Assembly (NCBI GenBank): GCA_041584095.1
Contig: JBFHEP010000002.1
Location: forward strand, 1 to 40,022
Direction of reading: 5' to 3'
Origin: Acidimicrobiales bacterium
Lineage (GTDB): Bacteria; Actinomycetota; Acidimicrobiia; Acidimicrobiales; SZUA-35
Length of the DNA stretch: 40,022 nt
Shown here: one piece after another, positions 1-8,994 of the stretch
Position numbering within the stretch: position 1 is the first letter of the stretch
Layout: each line of letters opens with the position of its first letter
Position numbers and translations under genes: made by a program
The notes under the pieces: model-generated
Seen by the model: the letters and a program-made list of their open reading frames with translations, nothing else
What the model was told of the DNA's origin: nothing
Database searches by the model: none

Positions 1-12
1 CTCAGACGCAGC

Positions 13-2133
13 TTGTCCCAACACCGGATACGGTCAACAGTGGTGGTACGACGAGTTCGACAGTCGATTGGGCAGTCGTCGCAGTCGAGATCCGCTCGGG
101 GTAACGTGGCTTACCGCCGGGCGGCGACGGCGGCCGGTCTTGTGGTGGGTCTTGGTGTCCTGGCTGGGGTGCTGCTCACGACGATCGTGCGAGGGGAGCA
201 GATCTCGTCTGTTCCCCTGGTTGTCGCGTCCGGTGTCGATGCGGTGACCATCGAACGACTGGTGGAACTCGACCGCCAGTCGCTGGACGGCGCGAGGAGC
301 CCCGCAGCCCTGGCCATGACCAGTGACGGTTCCAATTTGTACCTGACCGACACCACGGAGGGCGGATCGGTTCTCACCTACGCCAGAGATGAGCCGTACG
401 GCCCACCCGTCCAGGTCAACGTCTCGGAGGAGTCCGCCGGTGCCATCGCCGTCGATCCTCTCACCGGTCATCTGGTCACGGCCCGTGCCTCGCCCGCAGC
501 TCTCGTGTGGCGGGCCCCCGCAGACGGCAATGAGGTGACCACGCAAAGCGACCCGGCGGTGGCATCGGCCTTTGCCGACGGGATCGTCTTCGATCGCAGC
601 CGCGGGCTCGCTCACGGTCTGCGCCAGGGCGTGGTGTCGTCGTTTGTGTATGATCCTGAGTCGAATCAGATCGGTGAGATGAGGCAGCAGATCGACGTCA
701 CATCGATTTCCGCAGCCGAAAGGGCCCGTGGTCTGAGCGTCGACCCGGTGTCCGGCTCGCTGTACCTGGGCTTGCTCGGCGAGTCCAGAATCTTCGAGAT
801 CGACAGCAGCGGCCAGCTCGTTCGTATTCTCGATCTCGGCAGGGTCGACGGTCAACTGAGCGCCTTCACGGTGGCGGCCAGTTCCGATCCGACGGACCGA
901 TCGGGGACGACCAGCGTTTTCGTCGTCAATGCGGAGAGCGGGTCCGTCGGGGACTCGACGATCGTCGAGCTCGGTGCCGCCAGTGTCGGCACCGTCGGCC
1001 TCGATGTGGTCGACAGAGCGGATCTGGTTCAAACGATCTCCATGGCCGACATTCCGAACCCGGGGCCGGACAGCTCGGCGATCACCTGGTTGCCGGCGCA
1101 GGGTAGGTTGCTGGTCGCCGACTCCGAGGTCGACGAATACGACTTCTTCACCGGCGTGAACACCTGGACCATCGAGCTCGATGGAACGGTCGCCCCCGTG
1201 GAGATCAGCGGAGGACTTCCGTCGGACGAGCCGACCGGGCTCACGGTCAGCGAGAATCTCCTCTTCGTGACCGATGACGTGGCGATGCAGATCCACGTCA
1301 TCGATCTCGGACCCGACGCTGCGGTGGGGGTCGACGACACGGTCGTCGCCAGCTTCAGCACCCAGGCGTTCGGCTGCACCGATCCCGAGGACGTGGCGTT
1401 CGACGGTCGGCACAATCGCCTCTATGTGGTCGACGGTATGGCGAGCGAGGTGTTCATCATCGATCCGGGTCCAAACGGCATGTTCGAGGGCTTCGGCGAC
1501 GACATCATCACGCAGTTCGACGTCGCCGCTGCCGGAATACGCGACCCGGAAGGCATCGCCTACGACCCCGAACGTGACGCAATACTGATCGTCGACCGCA
1601 AGGGTGCGATTGCCGTCGAACTCGGCCCCGACGGTGATGTGCTTCGTCGGCTCGACCTGTCGGCTGCGGAGGCGGTCCACCTGGCCGGAGTCGTCTGGGC
1701 CCCGGGCAGCAAAGGAGGCCTCAGTCTCTGGGCGGTCGACCGCGGTGTCGACGGCCCGTTGACCGTCGACGGACGAATCTTCGAGCTGACGGTTCCCCCG
1801 CTGCTCAATGGATCGCTCGAGCCCAGTATCGTGGTTCGTCGAGCGCTGGTGGAGCGTCGAGAGAACAGGGACAAGACCACTCGTTTCACCGTCGAGGTCG
1901 AGAATCGCGGGACCGCCCCGCTGCGCGTCACCGATGTGCGGGTCCACGGGACGGAGGCGGGGGCGGTGACCATCCTTGACACGGTGCCGAGGGTGATCCC
2001 GGCCGCCGGCCACACTGAATTCGCCGTTGAAGTGGCCCCTCGGGCCGATGTGCCGCCGGGCAGCCGGTTGGTTATCGAGTCATCCGACCCGAACCTTCCT
2101 CGGACGACCGTCGAATTGGTCGTCGAGGGATAG
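13..2133 (+). CDS. large membrane-anchored extracellular beta-propeller-repeat protein with C-terminal Ig-like domain
   Basis: 706-codon ORF. Arg-rich N-terminus followed by one hydrophobic helix (AAGLVVGLGVLAGVLLTTIV). Recurring strand motifs (NLYLTD, RLLVADSE, NLLFVTDD, RLYVVDG, DPEGIAYDPERDAILIVD) resemble NHL/SdiA-regulated-type propeller blades. The last ~100 aa (RFTVEVENRGTAPLRVTDVRV...LVIESSDPN) resemble a HYDIN/choice-of-anchor-D Ig fold. The TTG start at 13 is weak and the frame is open to base 1, so the 5' end may lie outside the window. Confidence 0.7.
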   Translation: MSQHRIRSTVVVRRVRQSIGQSSQSRSARGNVAYRRAATAAGLVVGLGVLAGVLLTTIVRGEQISSVPLVVASGVDAVTIERLVELDRQSLDGARSPAALAMTSDGSNLYLTDTTEGGSVLTYARDEPYGPPVQVNVSEESAGAIAVDPLTGHLVTARASPAALVWRAPADGNEVTTQSDPAVASAFADGIVFDRSRGLAHGLRQGVVSSFVYDPESNQIGEMRQQIDVTSISAAERARGLSVDPVSGSLYLGLLGESRIFEIDSSGQLVRILDLGRVDGQLSAFTVAASSDPTDRSGTTSVFVVNAESGSVGDSTIVELGAASVGTVGLDVVDRADLVQTISMADIPNPGPDSSAITWLPAQGRLLVADSEVDEYDFFTGVNTWTIELDGTVAPVEISGGLPSDEPTGLTVSENLLFVTDDVAMQIHVIDLGPDAAVGVDDTVVASFSTQAFGCTDPEDVAFDGRHNRLYVVDGMASEVFIIDPGPNGMFEGFGDDIITQFDVAAAGIRDPEGIAYDPERDAILIVDRKGAIAVELGPDGDVLRRLDLSAAEAVHLAGVVWAPGSKGGLSLWAVDRGVDGPLTVDGRIFELTVPPLLNGSLEPSIVVRRALVERRENRDKTTRFTVEVENRGTAPLRVTDVRVHGTEAGAVTILDTVPRVIPAAGHTEFAVEVAPRADVPPGSRLVIESSDPNLPRTTVELVVEG

Positions 2134-2175
2134 CTTCCGGTTCCACCTCCGGTCCGGTCGTGGGCGGGCCGACGG

Positions 2176-4818
2176 TCAGCGCACGAACTCCACGACCAGC
2201 TCGGGGCGGACCGACCGACCGGCATCGAAGGAGGCGGCGATCCGACTCCCGGTCCCGCTGAACAGCAGCGTGAGGGCGTTGCCCGTATCCCATCTTGGCT
2301 GGTCGATCACCTCCTGGATGATCGGCGCCAGGTCCGGTGTGCGTTGTTCGGCTGTGGTATCCCCGGGATCGTGCCACCACCCCGGCGACCAGTCGACGGT
2401 GGCGGTCGTTGGACGGCGCCTGCTCAGATTCCCCTGGCTCGTGTTGAATGGCTGGCTCCTGGCGTCGGCGTCGCCGCGGACACTCAACTCCGCTCGCTCG
2501 CTGAACACCTTCACCTTTGATGCGGTGAATTGAACGTGGGCCCGCACGATGGTTGCTCCCGCAGGGATGGCAAGCTCGGGGAATCGAATGCCGACCAGCT
2601 GCGAACGATCTTCGTCGGAGAGTTCGAGATCCTCGTCGTCGATCGACACGTTCCTCCTCTCGACATTCTCCTGGGCATCGTCGGTCGAGCCGATGGGCGC
2701 GGCGGTAGCTGTTTCCACCGGTGAACCGCCGGCGGAGAGCACGTCGACCTCGAACGAGGAAACGCCCCGAAATCCACCGATTCCGTCGAGCAGGGCGCTC
2801 ACGACGTGGCGGCCCGGTGTCAACTCGCCGAGGTCGACCTGGGGACCGGATGCGAGTTCGCCGTCCCTGTCGGAATGCCAGCTGATCAGGTTTGACACGT
2901 CGGAGCCGGTGTCGTCGACGGCGGTTGCCGTCACCGATCTGGCCGTGCCCGTTCGCACGTTGCTGCCGACCGGGCCGACCCCGATGTCGACCGCAGCTCC
3001 GGGTTTCGGGGTCTCGCTGTTGCAGGCCTGCTCGCCACGATCTCGCAGAGGCGCCCGGTCGATCGGTAGGAACGTCCACGTGTAGTATCCGTCACCCAGC
3101 ACCAACTGGAGCACACCTCGGCTGGTGGTGTCGAAGAGCTCGCTGTTCGGAGCGCGAGGCCTCGGCGACGGTGATGGGACAGCGTCGCCCTGGTCGTCGC
3201 TGTAGAGGCCTCCGCGCTCGACGTCGACGCCGACCTTGATCGTGTCGGCCCCTCCGGTGCCGACCACGAATTGCCGTACACCGCCGGCGTCGGCCGTTGC
3301 GTCGGCGGTTTGCGGAGCGAATCGCTCGTAGCTGCGATCATGTCCGGCGAGCACGACATCCACGTTGTGCTCGTCCAACAGCTTCCACACGTCGGACAGC
3401 CCGTCGTCGCCGCCCCGCAAATCGGATCCGAAGCGGGCCTGGTGTCCATACACCAGCGTGCAGGCCGAGGGACTCGATGCCAGTTCGTCGGCGAGCCAGA
3501 CCAGCTGCGGTGACGCTCGATCGCAGCCGCCGATCGCTTCGCAGTTCGTGTTCAGCGCGATGATCCGCCAGGATCCGAGATCGTAGGCGTACCACCCTGT
3601 TCCCGGTTCTCCGGATCGGGTGTCGAAGTACGAGTAGTAGCCGCCGGCATCGAGGGTGTGATAGTCGAGATTGCCCGGCACGGCTCGGATCCGGTTCTGG
3701 AAGCGACCCCACGTTGGATCGAAACAGTCCTGATACTGCGCCACGGTGCCGTCGGGATACGCCTGATCTCCGAGTGCCAGAACGGTGGCCCACGGCATCT
3801 TCTCGACAACGTCCGCCGTCAGTACGTCACCGTCGCCGAGGCAGGATGCGATCTCCCCGGCGGCGATGACCACGGGGTCTGAGGGCCTGACGACGACGTC
3901 GACCGAGCCGGCGGATCCCCGACCTGACCCGTCATAGACCACGGCCGTGAGTCGGTGCGGTCCCGCGCTCAGCGTCGTCGAGAGGGTGCCGCCTGAGCCG
4001 AGCTGACCGTCGAGGTCCGAGATCCACGACACCCGATCGGTGATGTCGCCGTCCTCGGGGTCGATGGCCTCCGCACGCAACTCGATCTCGTCTCCGGCGC
4101 CGACCTGGAGCACGCCATCGCGAGGCTCGGCGATGGCTACGGTCGGGGGTTCGTTGTCCGGTGGCTCGTAGACGACGGTGATCGTCGGAGCAGCGGCCGC
4201 GTCGCTGTCGAACGACCAGGCGACGCGGGTCCCCAATCCCGAGATGAGGAACACGAGCGGGTCGTCAGGCGACCACCACGGCTGATCGACTGCCGACTGG
4301 ACCAGCGGGCGGAGCTCCGGCGAGCGCGTGACATTGTCCAGTTCACTGGGCAGCCAGGGGCCCGGCGCCCACTTGACACGGACATCGGATCGGGGGCGAG
4401 TGGTGAGATCATAGAGCCGTTCGGAGAACTCCGCCGGCTCATCGCCTGTCTCGATCGCGATGTCGAGGCTGCTGGCGCCCACCGTACTGCGTGCGATGAC
4501 AAAGCCGAGATTTGCCTCGAGAATGCGGGCGCCGGGAGGGATTCCGAGCTTCTCGAAGCGGAGGCCGATGGTCTGCACCGACTGGTCGACCGTGAGTTCG
4601 AGCTCGTCATTCGACAGCTGCATCGTTCCCGACGCCCGTTCCTCGACGTCGGCCGCGCTGGATGTGATCCGCGACGACACGGTAACGCCCTGCGCTTCGG
4701 GCCGGGGAACGGTCCAGGCCCGGTCGATCCCCACGCCGATTGCGGCGAGAACGGCCACCGTCACGAGAAGTCGGCCCGCGGTACCGAACCGTGGACGGAG
4801 TATCACGTCGGCACGCAA
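2176..4818 (-). CDS. secreted multidomain calcineurin-like metallophosphoesterase (X-Ig-phosphoesterase-Ig-X layout)
   Basis: 880-codon ORF with an N-terminal signal-anchor (GRLLVTVAVLAAIGVGI). Central metallophosphatase motifs are LALGDQAYPDG, PGNLDYH, VYGHQ and AGHDRSYERF (purple-acid-phosphatase-like). Two Ig/PKD-like modules and two paralogous terminal domains flank the core (see finding). Confidence 0.8.
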   Translation of the reverse strand: MRADVILRPRFGTAGRLLVTVAVLAAIGVGIDRAWTVPRPEAQGVTVSSRITSSAADVEERASGTMQLSNDELELTVDQSVQTIGLRFEKLGIPPGARILEANLGFVIARSTVGASSLDIAIETGDEPAEFSERLYDLTTRPRSDVRVKWAPGPWLPSELDNVTRSPELRPLVQSAVDQPWWSPDDPLVFLISGLGTRVAWSFDSDAAAAPTITVVYEPPDNEPPTVAIAEPRDGVLQVGAGDEIELRAEAIDPEDGDITDRVSWISDLDGQLGSGGTLSTTLSAGPHRLTAVVYDGSGRGSAGSVDVVVRPSDPVVIAAGEIASCLGDGDVLTADVVEKMPWATVLALGDQAYPDGTVAQYQDCFDPTWGRFQNRIRAVPGNLDYHTLDAGGYYSYFDTRSGEPGTGWYAYDLGSWRIIALNTNCEAIGGCDRASPQLVWLADELASSPSACTLVYGHQARFGSDLRGGDDGLSDVWKLLDEHNVDVVLAGHDRSYERFAPQTADATADAGGVRQFVVGTGGADTIKVGVDVERGGLYSDDQGDAVPSPSPRPRAPNSELFDTTSRGVLQLVLGDGYYTWTFLPIDRAPLRDRGEQACNSETPKPGAAVDIGVGPVGSNVRTGTARSVTATAVDDTGSDVSNLISWHSDRDGELASGPQVDLGELTPGRHVVSALLDGIGGFRGVSSFEVDVLSAGGSPVETATAAPIGSTDDAQENVERRNVSIDDEDLELSDEDRSQLVGIRFPELAIPAGATIVRAHVQFTASKVKVFSERAELSVRGDADARSQPFNTSQGNLSRRRPTTATVDWSPGWWHDPGDTTAEQRTPDLAPIIQEVIDQPRWDTGNALTLLFSGTGSRIAASFDAGRSVRPELVVEFVR

Positions 4819-4869
4819 GGGCGTCTGTTCGGAACCTGCCGGATCAATCCACGCGGGGAGTGGTGGACG

Positions 4870-5481
4870 CTAGACGCCGCGAGCGGTGATGACGCTGACA
4901 AGCGTTCGCCAGAGGATCCAGAGGTCCGTGCGCAACGACATCCGACCCATGTACTCGTTGTCGATGCGAACGCGCTCGTCGAATCCCGAGTCGTGCCGTG
5001 CGCCGAGCTGCCAGAGACCGGTGAGACCCGGCGGCACCTCGAGGCGTCGTCCATGCCACACATCATAGGTCGACGCCGCAAACGACGTCGGCCGTGGGCC
5101 GACCAGGCTCATCTCGCCCTTTGCAACGTTGAGCAATTGGGGCAGTTCGTCGAGGCTCGTCTTGCGGAGCAGCCGCCCGACTCTGGTGATACGAGGGTCG
5201 TCGGGAATCTTGAAATCGGGCGGTTCGAGCACATTGAGGTGGGCCAATTGAGCCTTGAGTTCTTCGGCGTTTACCAGCATTGTGCGGAACTTGTAGATCT
5301 GAAACCGCCGGCCGAACTGGCCGGTCCGAGCCTGTTTGAACACGATCGGGCCGGGCGAGTCGAGCCGAATGAGCACGGCGACCACAAGACAGACGGTGAC
5401 CACAAAGGGGGCCGCGAGCAACAGGATCACGAGGTCGAACAGTCGCTTGATGATGAGGTACCGACGGGTCACGAGCGCCAT
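4870..5481 (-). CDS. polyprenyl-phosphate sugar-phosphate transferase (bacterial sugar transferase family, WbaP/EpsL-like small form)
   Basis: 203 aa with an ATG start. N-terminal TM helix ([25 protein letters not shown]). Family hallmarks are present: [27 protein letters not shown] and [21 protein letters not shown]. Confidence 0.9.
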   Translation of the reverse strand: MALVTRRYLIIKRLFDLVILLLAAPFVVTVCLVVAVLIRLDSPGPIVFKQARTGQFGRRFQIYKFRTMLVNAEELKAQLAHLNVLEPPDFKIPDDPRITRVGRLLRKTSLDELPQLLNVAKGEMSLVGPRPTSFAASTYDVWHGRRLEVPPGLTGLWQLGARHDSGFDERVRIDNEYMGRMSLRTDLWILWRTLVSVITARGV

Positions 5482-5486
5482 GGGTC

Positions 5487-6071
5487 CTACTGGACGCTTG
5501 AGCTGTCGATGGCGGCCGGCCCGGTATGACCATGGCGGGAGTAGTGGCGGTTCTCGCCCACTTTCAGGAGGAGCTCACCCACGGTGAGAGCCTCGGCCGG
5601 GAAGCATGCCGAAGACCAGGTGGCAATCGGGTTGGCGTTGGGCGGGATGCGGTTCAAGGTTCTCCGGGCGTCGGTGCACCCGGGCAGCAGAAGATAGGTC
5701 ACGTCGTCACTGACGACGATGGTGTCGATGCTGCGAGTCGCCGACTCGAGGGTGCGAACCGACGATCCCGGTCGAAGGATCAGCCTGGCCAGCGTGAGCG
5801 GGTATCCCAACCTCCGAGCCCGTTCGACCTCTTCGAACAAATAGGTCACGAGGTCGGTTCTACCGGGGTCGACCGTCGGCGTGTCGACATAGGATGTCCG
5901 GGCAGCGAAAACGGCCAGCACGAGCAGCCCAAAGGCGCCCAGCAGGAAATAGGGATTAAGTAAAACAAACATCATCGCCGTGGCCCCTCCGATCGCCAAG
6001 GATTTGTCAGGGCTGAACCCTCTGCAACCCTCCACCGAGTTCAGCCAAGCCCGTGAGTGGCCAGTGTACAT
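5487..6071 (-). CDS. hypothetical membrane protein, possible degenerate GGDEF-like cytoplasmic domain
   Basis: High third-position GC. TM helix (NPYFLLGAFGLLVLAVFAA). The downstream segment LFEEVERARRLGYPLTLARLIL...SIDTIVVSDDVTYLLLPG follows the spacing of a GGDEF fold but has SDDVTY in place of GGDEF and lacks the Mg/GTP motifs. The stop lies 5 nt upstream of the sugar-transferase start. The true start may be the internal ATG at 5975 (MMFVLLN). Confidence 0.5.
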   Translation of the reverse strand: MYTGHSRAWLNSVEGCRGFSPDKSLAIGGATAMMFVLLNPYFLLGAFGLLVLAVFAARTSYVDTPTVDPGRTDLVTYLFEEVERARRLGYPLTLARLILRPGSSVRTLESATRSIDTIVVSDDVTYLLLPGCTDARRTLNRIPPNANPIATWSSACFPAEALTVGELLLKVGENRHYSRHGHTGPAAIDSSSVQ

Positions 6072-6137
6072 CTGGCAAAGAGCTGGCCAAAAGCGGGTAA
6101 GTCACAGGTTAAGGGAGCAAAACTACCTGATCACGGG

Positions 6138-6812
6138 CTAGCGGTTTTCGCTCCGGCCATCGCTGAAGGTCTTGGCGAGCTCGAGCGCTCTGACGAGTTC
6201 GTCGCGCTGGCGACATTTGACCAGCCACCATGGTCGCTTGAGCTCGGTGTTGCGCTGCTCTATCAAGACGGCATCGATGGATTCCTTATCGACGGTGATC
6301 CGAGTCCATCCGAGCCGCTTTCCCTCGTAGCGCAGCGCCATGGATTTGCGCCACATCTTCCCGCGCCGGTCTTCCGACACCGCTTTGACGATGCCGATCT
6401 CCGATGCCGGAAGATGTCGCGGCACGAGCAGTTCGACGCGAGCCCCGGACGGCCACAACGTCCACCCCCGGTGTCGAATCCAGAGTCCGTGTCGGTCTAC
6501 CGACACCCGGGCGCCGACCGAGCCGAAGGGCCCGTACCACGAGAGCATGGCCACTGCGGCCAGCGCGAGCGCGAAGACGGCACTACCGAGCTGACCGCCG
6601 GGTTCCCCCTGCGCCGCGTTGAACAGTCCGACGACGGCCAGCGCGAGGAGGAGCACAACCGTGGCCGAGGCGAAGATGTCCTTGAACTCCCGCTCGCCCT
6701 GCTCGGACCAGGGGAGCGTGACCGCCTCGACATCGGACACCTCTCCGGCTTGCCGTGTCGATTCGGGCCGAGCATCGGCCTCCTCACCGTCGCCGTTCAT
6801 CGGCAACACCAT
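6138..6812 (-). CDS. hypothetical two-TM membrane protein with C-terminal PH-like (bPH) domain
   Basis: The ORF track runs from a TTG at 6992, but its first 60 codons lie in GC-poor, non-protein-like sequence. I start at the ATG at 6812 (MVLPMNGDGEE). Two hydrophobic helices (VVLLLALAVVGLF, AVFALALAAVAMLSWY) are followed by VSVDRHGLWIRHRGW...IGIVKAV...ALRYEGKRLGWTRITVD, which resembles a bacterial PH domain. Confidence 0.5.
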   Translation of the reverse strand: MVLPMNGDGEEADARPESTRQAGEVSDVEAVTLPWSEQGEREFKDIFASATVVLLLALAVVGLFNAAQGEPGGQLGSAVFALALAAVAMLSWYGPFGSVGARVSVDRHGLWIRHRGWTLWPSGARVELLVPRHLPASEIGIVKAVSEDRRGKMWRKSMALRYEGKRLGWTRITVDKESIDAVLIEQRNTELKRPWWLVKCRQRDELVRALELAKTFSDGRSENR

Positions 6813-7432
6813 ACTCGACCAGCCGAGCGTCGACCTCCGCTCCGCCGCCTGCCAGAACCGGCTACTGGTGATAGCCGACTTGAGGGCATTTTCATGTGAA
6901 TGGACGATCCGAGGTTCGGAACAAAAAGTCCAATAGTCGATTGTCGAATACCTCGGATTGGGTATTGAGCCACATGAGCGCTCCAGCGACAATCAGGTCG
7001 TAGACGACGTAGGACACGTTGACTGCGTAGATGTTCAGCGGTATCACCGACGGGCGTCACCGTCCGGTCTAGGCTGGAGATCAAAGCAACGATCAACTGG
7101 TGGGACAATTTTGAGTGGTCATTGGCGGGTCTCGCATGGCGTGCGAGATGCGAAGAGAACGCCCGTCGAAGAGCCCCCGGTTCTCTCGATCCTGGTCGAA
7201 TACAGGTCGTGCAAGGGCCAGGCCGTCGAGGAAAGCGGTGCATTCGGCACCCCGGGCGGGCTGTCTCGCCACAAGAGCGTTGATCCTACGGCAGCCTGGC
7301 AGGGCGGGACCCCGACCGCAAACGGGGAGGTGGGTGGCGGCGGCCCGAACGATGGGTGACCTGTCCCGAACCCAACCGCCCGGTGCGCAGACGACAGAGC
7401 CTTCGGCGAGCCCTTCTGAGGAGGGAAGCAAC

Positions 7433-8809
7433 ATGGATACCGGCCAGCACTTGACCGGCGAAGAGCAGGGTCTGCGGATCGGCGTGTTCGGACTCGGCCA
7501 CGTCGGCACGGTGACGGTGGCCGGGCTGGCGAAACTCGGCCATACCGTCATCGGTGTCGACATCGCATCGAGCAAGGTCGACGACCTGAGTCGTGGGACG
7601 GCGTCGGTCGTCGAGCCGGGTCTCGACGAGCTGCTGGCCGAGTACACCAGGCGGGGCACCATCTCCGCCACGGTCGATCCGACGGCGGTGGCCCGAAGTG
7701 TCGACATGGTCATGCTCGCCGTGGGCAGGGCGTCGACCTCGGGCGGGGTCGCCGATAGGCGCCTTCTCGCGGCAGCCGCTGAGATCGGGATAGGACTTCG
7801 GGCCAACCCTCGACCATTCGTCCCGGTGGTCAGCCGGTCGACCTGGCTGCCCGAAGTGCACTACCAGGTACGGGCCCGACTCGAGACGACGTCACGGCGT
7901 GTGCTCGGCCCGAACCTCGGCTATGCCTGCCATCCGGAGTTCTTCCGGGAGGCGTCCGCGCTCGACGACTTCTTCGACCCGCCGGCCACTGTCGTCGGCT
8001 CCGACGAACTGCTCACGTTCGAGTTGACCCGGCGGCTCTATCCCGGTCTCGACGCGCCGATCATCGAGGTCGGCGTTGGCGAGGCGTCGATGGTGAAGTA
8101 CGCGGCCAGCTGCTACTTCGCCGCAAAGGCAACGTTCGTCGACGAGATCGGCAGGCTCTGTGCCGAACTGGACATCAACTCAATCGACGTCATGGACATC
8201 TTCCGTCTCGACGACACGTTGAACCTCTCGGCCGAGTACCTCCGGGCCGGCAGCCTGTTCGATGGTTCGTGTCTGCTGAAGGACCTGCGAGCGGTCATCG
8301 GCATGGCCCAGCGGCGGGCGGTGCCGCTTCCGATGCTGTCCGGGGTTCTGCTTTCTAACCGTGACCAGGTCGACCTGGTCTGCGATCGGATCCTGGCTGA
8401 GTTGCCCAGCCGGGTCGCCATCGTCGGCATGACGTTCAAGGATGGCACCGACGATCCGCGGGAGGCGCCGATGGTGTCGGTGGTGGAGCGGCTCAAGGGC
8501 AAGGGTGTCGAGGTGACGGTTTACGACCGCGTACTCGCGGTCGACCCTGTTCACGCTGCCAATCGGACATACGCACTGTCCGCACCGCCCCATCTCGTCG
8601 ACCTGGTGCAGGACGATCTCAGTAAGGTCGTTGCCGGGGCCGACGTGGTGGTGATCAGTCACAGCCTCGACGACGAGGTCTGGTCGACGGTGGAGCTCGA
8701 CAGGGAATCCGTCATCCTCGACCTCTGCGATGTGAGGGCCTTGACCTCGCATCCGGGCTACCACGGCATGTTCTGGCCCGGTCCTCAACCGGCGGTGACG
8801 GTTGGCTGA
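7433..8809 (+). CDS. nucleotide-sugar 6-dehydrogenase (UDP-glucose/GDP-mannose dehydrogenase family)
   Basis: ATG at 7433 preceded by GAGGAGGGAAG. Rossmann motif IGVFGLGHVGTVTVAGLA. Catalytic-Cys region GSLFDGSCLLKDL. C-terminal UDP-binding-type segment VAIVGMTFKDGTDDPREAP. The 106 codons upstream in the ORF track (7115-7432) are Arg/Pro-rich and not protein-like. Confidence 0.85.
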   Translation: MDTGQHLTGEEQGLRIGVFGLGHVGTVTVAGLAKLGHTVIGVDIASSKVDDLSRGTASVVEPGLDELLAEYTRRGTISATVDPTAVARSVDMVMLAVGRASTSGGVADRRLLAAAAEIGIGLRANPRPFVPVVSRSTWLPEVHYQVRARLETTSRRVLGPNLGYACHPEFFREASALDDFFDPPATVVGSDELLTFELTRRLYPGLDAPIIEVGVGEASMVKYAASCYFAAKATFVDEIGRLCAELDINSIDVMDIFRLDDTLNLSAEYLRAGSLFDGSCLLKDLRAVIGMAQRRAVPLPMLSGVLLSNRDQVDLVCDRILAELPSRVAIVGMTFKDGTDDPREAPMVSVVERLKGKGVEVTVYDRVLAVDPVHAANRTYALSAPPHLVDLVQDDLSKVVAGADVVVISHSLDDEVWSTVELDRESVILDLCDVRALTSHPGYHGMFWPGPQPAVTVG

Positions 8810-8994
8810 ACACGTCCTCGACAATCGCTACGGCGAGCGCCGGATCCGGGGTCGACGGCACCATCAACGCATCTGGTGGTGTTGTCGACCTCGGCGGCGT
8901 TCAGTTCGCCCCGAGTCGGATCGGCGGGTCCGGATGGTGGGGGAGGCCTTCGTCGAGCCACGTGTCGTCGACGATGTCGTCGGATCGAGTTGCT

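Noticed and set aside
34-2013. 659-aa minus-strand ORF covering almost the whole first gene
   Set aside because: It is antisense to a gene with clear domain structure. Its translation is Arg/Gly/Asp/His-rich low-complexity sequence with no motifs. Long stop-free antisense frames are expected at this GC content.
7115-7432. In-frame N-terminal extensions offered by the ORF track for the dehydrogenase. The same applies at 9845-10081, 20243-20662, 22090-22326, 26718-26870, 29830-30189 and 6813-6992.
   Set aside because: The extensions are Arg/Pro/Ser-rich, overlap neighbouring genes or their antisense, and precede internal starts that have Shine-Dalgarno-like sequences and begin the conserved domains.
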